Assembly: GCA_033442325.1 (NCBI GenBank)
Contig: JAWQFM010000017.1
Span: 741,639 to 805,638 of the forward strand
Source: Salpingoeca rosetta
Taxonomy: Eukaryota; Protista; Choanoflagellata
Reading direction: 5' to 3'
Length of the DNA: 64,000 nt
Notes under the pieces: generated by a model
The model's database searches: none
The model's input: only the letters and a program-made list of their open reading frames with translations
What the model was told of the DNA's origin: nothing
Part shown: positions 51,758-64,000 of the stretch, one piece after another
Position numbering within the stretch: position 1 is the first letter of the stretch
Layout of the letters: every line of letters starts with the position of its first letter
Position numbers and translations under genes: made by a program

Positions 51758-51848
51758 GGACCGGTAACGTCTGCATGTGTTTGTTTTGAGAACGACATGA
51801 GGTTGTGGAGGAAGCCAAACACACAACAAACAATGTGTTGCTGAGTGC

Positions 51849-51879
<31 letters not shown>

Positions 51880-52444
51880 GTTGTTGTGCGTGCGTGCGTG
51901 CGTGCGTGTGTGTGTTTGTGTATGTGTGTGTGTGTGTATGTGTGTGTGTGTTTGTGCGTCTTGCACCATTCTGACATCACTCACCACACGTGAAGGAAGC
52001 TGTAACCGAAAAAAGCTGTTGCCCCTGCAGACCAAACACGAGCCAGTCAAGAGGACGTGCACACACCCAAGATGAGCAGGAGTTCTAAGGCTTCTCCGTG
52101 CCATTCAACCAGTTCAAGAGCGGCACCGTTAAACAAGTTGGAAGATAGAAGCAGCACAGCGCACGCAATGTTCGCAAACACATCCACGCAAACCCTGCGC
52201 GCGCACACACACACGCACACATCCACACTCACAGCACACAAACACAAACAGCAACCACCACCACCTCTCGCCGATCCAGCTGATGTTCGGAAAATTGTCG
52301 GTTATCATTCACAAAATTGCTTGCTTGGATGAGTGGATGGATGTCGAGCCACTTGGTGGTGGCAGCGGGACGTGTGGTGCTGTCTGTTGTTGTTCTCATG
52401 AGCAGTGATTGCGGTGTATCGTGGTGCATCTGTTTAGTGCCCTT

Positions 52445-52647
52445 CTATGTACGTGGTCTTCCTTTCCCTTCTTCGTTGGGCTTGGCGTGATTTGACTTTC
52501 GTTTAACTCGCCACAAATAATGTTCTGGACACGAACCGCATCCAACACAACCACCCTTGTCAGATGGCAATAAATGTACCCACACAAATGCGGATACCGC
52601 GAGCCTACAACACTTTCATCACACACCATAGCATGCTTCAACACGCG

Positions 52648-52679
<32 letters not shown>

Positions 52680-54445
52680 CGTGTGTGTGCAAGCACACGG
52701 ATAGACACACAGGAAGAGACACAAAAAACGACACGCACGCACACACATGAAACCCGACACACACAACACACCAACGCACACGAACACACGCAAAACGCGC
52801 GTGGTCAGACGTGTGGGCACTCACGAATGGAAAATCGATCAAGCGCGAGCAGTAGGCGTGCAAGGTTGTACAGGGCCGTGTCGTGCTGGTTGGCAAATCG
52901 AATGAGGGCCTGTTCTTGAGGTGTCAAGTCGTCAAAGACGTAGTTGTTGTGCGCGCGCCTGCCGCTGTGTGCGTCAAGATCAACATCACCCCACTGCAAG
53001 AACGAGCGCATGACGCTCTCGCTCGTGCTGAGCTCTTCGATCACCAGCACCACGTCCACCATTGACAGCGCACGCGCGGCCGTGTAGAGATGATTTGCCG
53101 TCACGTTCCCAAACGGCAGCGAAAACACGTCCGCGCCCAGCAGAAAGCGCACCATATAGTTGTTGAGCACGGCCGGGCGGTGGCGCAGCCGCTCAGCCAC
53201 GCTCATGTTCTGGAACGCGCCCCAGGCTGCCTTTGATACAATGCCGTGTTGCTGCATGTGCGACACGACACGGTGCGCAGGCTCCCTCACCATGGTCAGG
53301 TACACAATCCCGCCACACATCTGCGGCAGCGGCGGCAGCAGCGCCGGGTCCACGATTGCATCGCCCGTCAAACTGCTCGCCAATTCCGTGCCCTTGCCGT
53401 TGCCGTGACTGCTGCCGTCAGTGTTACTGTTACTGCTGCCGTCAGTGTTACCATGCCTGTTGCTGTTGCCGTTGGAGTGGGTGCTGGTGTCAACGCTGTG
53501 CGGGTGCGTATCAGGAGCAGCAGTGTCGGCAGCAACGACATCAAGGTACGCTTCGTTTGCTAGGAGATCCACGTGCTCTTTCTCGTAGATGTCGTGATAC
53601 TTCCGGCACGTGCGGGGAAAGTGGCGCATCTTGAACCACACGGGGCCCATGCCGTCAATCCAGCAGTTGTTGGCCTTTGGGTGCAGCTTCTTGCCCGCCG
53701 CCTTTGCAAGCTTGCACATGCTGGTGCCGCCGGCTTTGGAGAAGTGCAGCAGCATGACTGGGATGCCTGCGGGCGGGCGGTTGAAGTCGTCACACAGGAA
53801 GCGAAGGCTAGCGCGCATGGCCTCGTCCCGTGCACTGCCGGGATGAAGCATGGCGGGCAGCTTGCTGCGCACGGACGCGCGGTGGTGGAGCGACGTCCCT
53901 GTCAGCGCTTGGAAGAAGGTGCAGCGCCTATTCAGTGCGGCTGTCTTGCCCGTGCGTGGCTGCTTGCAAATCCAGGACATGAGCGAGGCCGCGTCGTCCG
54001 TGATGTTCATGGACAGCAGCTCCGATAACGAGGGCAGCGGTGGCTCTGGTGTTGCGTGGTGTAGGAATGTGACGCTGTTGTTTTTGGTTTGCTTATGACG
54101 ACGTAGTTGCTGCTGCTGCTGTTGTTGCTGTTGCTGCTTCTGCATGGGGTTGTCGGCCAGCGCGCTCCACTGCACAACATGTCGATCGGCTGGCGTGTGC
54201 ACGTCTGTTTCGCCGTCGTGCGTGGTCATCATTGTCAACCACACAATCAACGCCACCACCCCCAACAGCGACAACACGGGGACCCATCGCAGGCCCTTGG
54301 CCACATAGAACTGCCATGGCTGCAGCAGCGAGCCTTGACCGCCTGTCTTACCGTCCCTTGCTCTGCCACTTCTGCTGCTGCTGCTGTTGTTGGATGTGGA
54401 TGTTGCTGGCACAGACGAAGCAGGAGGAGGAACGGCAGTCATCAT
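52445..54445 (-). CDS. Type II membrane (Golgi-type) sulfotransferase, PAPS-dependent, carbohydrate sulfotransferase-like
   Basis: Transmembrane segment WVPVLSLLGVVALIVWLTMM, 5'-PSB motif LLHFSKAGGTSM and 3'-PB motif YLTMVREPAHRVVSH; C-terminal IRFANQHDTALY. One long exon (54445-~52826) plus a probable short last exon 52524-52445 (donor GTGAGT). If that intron is not used, the stop is at 52805. Confidence 0.8.
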
Positions 54446-54538
54446 CGTCGTCGTCGTTGTCGTTTGTGCGTTGTGGTTGTAGAAAAGTGATTGAAAATTT
54501 GCACCAATTATCGGAAACGCCACAAGAAAAGCAAGAAG
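54446..54538. promoter_or_regulatory. Putative bidirectional promoter, sulfotransferase / UBA2
   Basis: About 93 bp between divergent ATGs, with an AT-rich core gaaaagtgattgaaaattt. Confidence 0.5.
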
Positions 54539-59927
<5,389 letters not shown>

Positions 59928-60116
59928 TGCCTGTACCCTGTGCATGTCTGTGTGTCTGTGTCTGTGTGTGTGCGTCTGTGTGTGTCTGTGTGTGTGTGTG
60001 TGTGGTACAACAATAAAGGTCCCAAATCCAAACCCAAACAAACAAACAAAAAACACACCTGTGGCCATAATCTTGCATCAGATCATTTGACGCGGAACGA
60101 AAAAAAAAGTAAACTG

Positions 60117-60770
60117 ATGACGACAACAGCCAAGAAGATGGCGAGCGCTGCTCCGATGCTTCGTCGTGGTGCGCTGCTGCTGCTGGCGGTAGCTGCGGTT
60201 GTCGTGGCGTGTGCGCTGCTGGACGGCGTGCACGGCGCCGAAAGCGCCCCTGCAATTGACACATCCAAGTACCAGACCAATGCTGAGCTGAAGGCGTTGC
60301 TGCAAGACCTCACCTCCGAGTACCCGCATCTTGCCACGCTGGACACCATTGGCCAGTCCATCGAGGGCGAAGACTTGTGGTTCATGAGAATCAAGTCGGA
60401 TGCTCTGTCGGAGGACGATGCCAAACTACGACCCATGATGAAGTGGATCGGCAACATGCACGGCAATGAAGCCGTTGGGCGCCAAGTCCTCATCTACTTC
60501 ATCCAGTACCTTCTGTTCAACTATGGCTCGGACAGGAGAGTGACGCAGCTGGTGGATGCGACCGACATCTACATCATGCCGTCCATGAACCCAGATGGCT
60601 TTGCCAAGGGCCTGAGCAACATGCAGTGCTTGGGCGTGTACGGTCGCTCCAATCACAACGGTGTCGACCTCAACCGCAACTTCCCCGACCAATACCTTCC
60701 AAAGCCCCGAAACGAGATTCAGCCAGAGACCAAGGTCAGGCGTTGTGTGTTGTGGGTGGGTGGGTGGGAG

Positions 60771-60850
<80 letters not shown>

Positions 60851-61997
60851 GTGGGTGGGAGACTGTGTGTGTGTTGTGGGTTGTGTTTGTTGTGTGTGTA
60901 GGGGTATTCAGTAGACACAAATCTTTGCTGCTTCGACAGCTCTTCAAGCTCTTCATGCACCGTGCTTGCATGCACATGTCCCTCTTGGTCATCTCCACCT
61001 CTCAAACTCACGTTCCAACGCACCCGCACTCTCGCAGCTGCTGATGAACTGGATCAAGTCCAACCCCTTTGTGCTCTCTGCCAACCTGCACGGCGGCTCC
61101 CTCGTTGCAAGGTCTGGTCCAATGCGGTGATTTCACCCTCATGTGCACAACCACGATCTGAGATACACACTCTCACACGCTTGCACTCTGACAAACGACA
61201 GCAACAGCAACAACACATACACACTCGCTTACTCACACACACACACACGCACGCACACACACGCACGCGCACACACTTTCCCTCCCCTCTTCCCCCTCAT
61301 CACCACCACAGCTACCCGTTTGACTCGAGCGAGACGGGCCACAGCGTGTACAGCCGAGCACCCGACGATGACATCTTCAAACACCTCGCGCGCACATACG
61401 CAGACAACCACAGAACCATGCACACCTTCAAGGTCCGTATATATGTGTGTGTGTGTGAGAGAGAGAGAGAGTGTGTGTGTGTGTGTGTGTGTGTGTGGTC
61501 CTTGAGAAGCCTGTGTTCGCCCATGTACCTCATGAACACACACACACACACACATACAAACACACACACACACACAGAACAAGCCGTGCGGCGTCGGGGA
61601 CGAGAGCGGGTTTGACCACGGCATCACCAACGGTGCCGACTGGTACAGCCTGACTGGAGGAATGCAGGACTTCAACTACCTGCACTCAAACTGCTTTGAG
61701 ATCACGGTGGAGCTCTCCTGCTGCAAGTTCCCCTCGCCCAACAAACTCCCGGGCGAGTGGGAAAACAACCGGCCTGCACTGCTGGCATACACCGAGCAGG
61801 TGAGTTGAAGTGAGACCTGTTCGCCTGTGCCAGCTTGCATGTCGCTGTGACGGGGGTTTCCAATCGATTCTGCTGCTGCTGCTGCTGCTGCCGCCGCAAC
61901 TACCACTGCTGTTGTATTCCAACACCCCTTTTGTGTGTGCTGCTCCCTCTTGATTCTGTTCCGCCCTCCCCCCCCCCCCCTCCACGTCTCCAAACCC

Positions 61998-62066
<69 letters not shown>

Positions 62067-64000
62067 AACCATGCCCACGCCCGCCCAACCCCCTCACGGT
62101 CTCGGCATCCAACCACCCATCCCCTCCAGGTGCACATGGGCATCAAGGGCGCTGTCACAGACGCAGCGACAGGCCTGCCCATTGCTGGCGCGTCGGTCAC
62201 AGTTGTTGACCGCGAGAACACGGTTGTCACGACAGCAGATGGCGTGTACTGGCGCCTCCTCCTCCCGGGCTCATATGTGGTGGTGGTCACCGCAAACGGG
62301 TACCGCGGCCAGCGCGTGCAGGTGTCTGTGCCGCCAAATGCAAACAACAAGCCGCCGCAGGCACAGCTTGTCAATGTGCAGCTTCACCCCGAAGGTGACG
62401 ACGACGACACCAGCGGTGGCACTGACGACGATGGTGGTGATGATGACGATGCGGGGGTGATTGACCTGTCGACGGAAACCATCAATGCGCAGCTGCGCGA
62501 TCTCGTGGACATTTCCCCGCACAACGTGCGTGTGTTTGAACTTCCCGGCGCAACGGTGCAGGGCACGGCCATCAAAGGCGTTGCGATTGGCAACAACATC
62601 AACAGCGACGAGGCGATGACACAGCGCCCAAAGGTCGGCCTGTTTGCTGGCGTGCACGCAAACGAGGCGGGCGGCACGCACATGCTGCTGCAGTTTGCGC
62701 AGAAGCTGCTGACAACGACGCAGGACACAGCTGTGTCTGCGCTGCTGCAGAGCGTGGTGGTGGAGATTGTGCCGCGGGTCAACCACGACGCCTTTGGTAA
62801 CGCGGGGTACGGCGACTGCTTTGGCGATGATGGCGCTCTCAACGCGAACGGTGTTGATCTCCTCTACGACATCTCTGCAGCGTGGGCGAACAAGGCCAGC
62901 CACGGTGCTGGCGATGGTGACGACGATGCTGGTGATAATGGTGGCGTTGATGGCATGCAGCCCGAGACGCTGGCGCTGCTGCGGTGGGTGGAGCAAGAGC
63001 GTTTTGCGCTCACGGCGTACTTTGGCGCGGGGCAGTACGGCGTGACGTGGCCCTTCACGGGCCCTCCGCGTGACAACGGCGACCGGAACCCGGCGCCGGA
63101 GGAGGCGCTCTTGCGCAATATTGCGGACAAGTTTGCGGCGGAGTTTGCGTCCTTTTCTCCGACGCTCGTGCCCATGGCACGTGGGTTCACGTGCGCCCAA
63201 ACAGATCCAAAGGACAGGTTTACTGAGGTTCGTTTGCACATTGCGTGCACGTCGGGCGTGTGGTGGTGGTGATGGCGGTGCAGTGTGATGGTAGCGGTGT
63301 GGGTGGATTCTGGCTGCAAGCAACGTGTTGTGCTTTTCCATAGATCTTGCTCCTCCACTGCCAGCCCCCTTGACACACACGCTCACAGACTCTCTCACTT
63401 CGAGCGCACACTCACACACTCACTCTCTCACTACAACCGCACTCTCACACATACACACATGATTCACTGACACTCGCACACCCGCACAGGACGACGAGCG
63501 CCCCGTGATCAGCGGCGGGAGCATGAACGGTTACGAGCTGTACTCGTCCACACACGAGGTCGACCCCTCCATCAACTTCTTTGGCGACGCCGTGTACACG
63601 CGACTCGGCACGCTCCACTTTGACGTGTACCTCGGGTGCTGTCTGTACCCGACCGCAGGTGAGATGGAGGACATTGCGGACGCGGGCTTCAATCCCACGC
63701 GCGATCTCGCCCTCGCTGCCCGCACAGCGCTCATGGGCCGCGTTGTTGTCAAGTCTGTCATTGTCGGTGGACCCACGGTTCCCATCGCAGATGCGACGGT
63801 GACGCTGATGCCGGCCGATGGCAGCAACACGCGTCCAACGGCGACAACAGCTGCTGACGGGCGCTTCGTGCGCCTGCTCGCCCCCGGCGCCTACACCGTG
63901 CGTGTGTCTGCCAGTGGATATGAGCCACAGTCGCAACTGCTCGACATCACGGCTTCCTCAAGCGCCAGCTACACCTTTGAGCTTTCCCCGGCCGTCAACC
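60117..64000 (+). CDS. CPD: Carboxypeptidase D-like multi-domain M14B metallocarboxypeptidase, 3' end beyond the window; domain 1 intact, domain 2 degenerate
   Basis: Signal peptide (ATG at 60117 or 60138). Domain 1: [58 protein letters not shown], then a transthyretin-like domain [20 protein letters not shown] second CP plus transthyretin-like unit starts at ~62455. Confidence 0.88.
61996..62068. repeat. (AAC)n trinucleotide repeat in a CPD intron
   Basis: Visible; the intron ends at the acceptor near 62129. Confidence 0.95.

Noticed and set aside
54446-54523. Longer sulfotransferase N-terminus from the ORF track (start 54523)
   Set aside because: It uses a non-ATG start; the first ATG is at 54445.

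Overview
Intron-rich eukaryotic DNA with GC-rich exons and introns full of (GT)n/(CA)n microsatellites. The gene content and style fit a unicellular holozoan, most likely a choanoflagellate such as Salpingoeca rosetta (inference, not searched). Most ORF-track entries are microsatellite or antisense artefacts, so genes were rebuilt by hand from GT-AG junctions. Eleven genes in order: a secreted FN3/Cys-rich/propeller-like/TLDc mosaic protein (-), Vps16 (+, 3'-truncated), an atypical MAPK (-, 3'-truncated), TFIIF-beta (+), Merlin/NF2 (-, spans an N gap), DUSP12/YVH1 (+), a polyQ HMG-box transcription factor (-), neurofibromin/NF1 (-, >30 exons), a Golgi-type sulfotransferase (-), UBA2/SAE2 (+) and a carboxypeptidase D-like gene (+, runs off the window). 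Main leads: (1) one FN3 domain split by a ~750-800 aa cassette (Cys module, two copies of an unrecognised propeller-like repeat, TLDc, Cys module); (2) a polarised intron pattern, with (GU)n after donors and (CA)n before acceptors, that could pair intron ends; (3) NF1 and Merlin ~10 kb apart, and NF1 near CPD as on human 17q11.2; (4) a MAPK with Q-A-Y in place of T-x-Y; (5) a head-on junction where both Vps16 and the MAPK lose their 3' halves. No rRNA, tRNA, CRISPR array or intact transposon was recognised.
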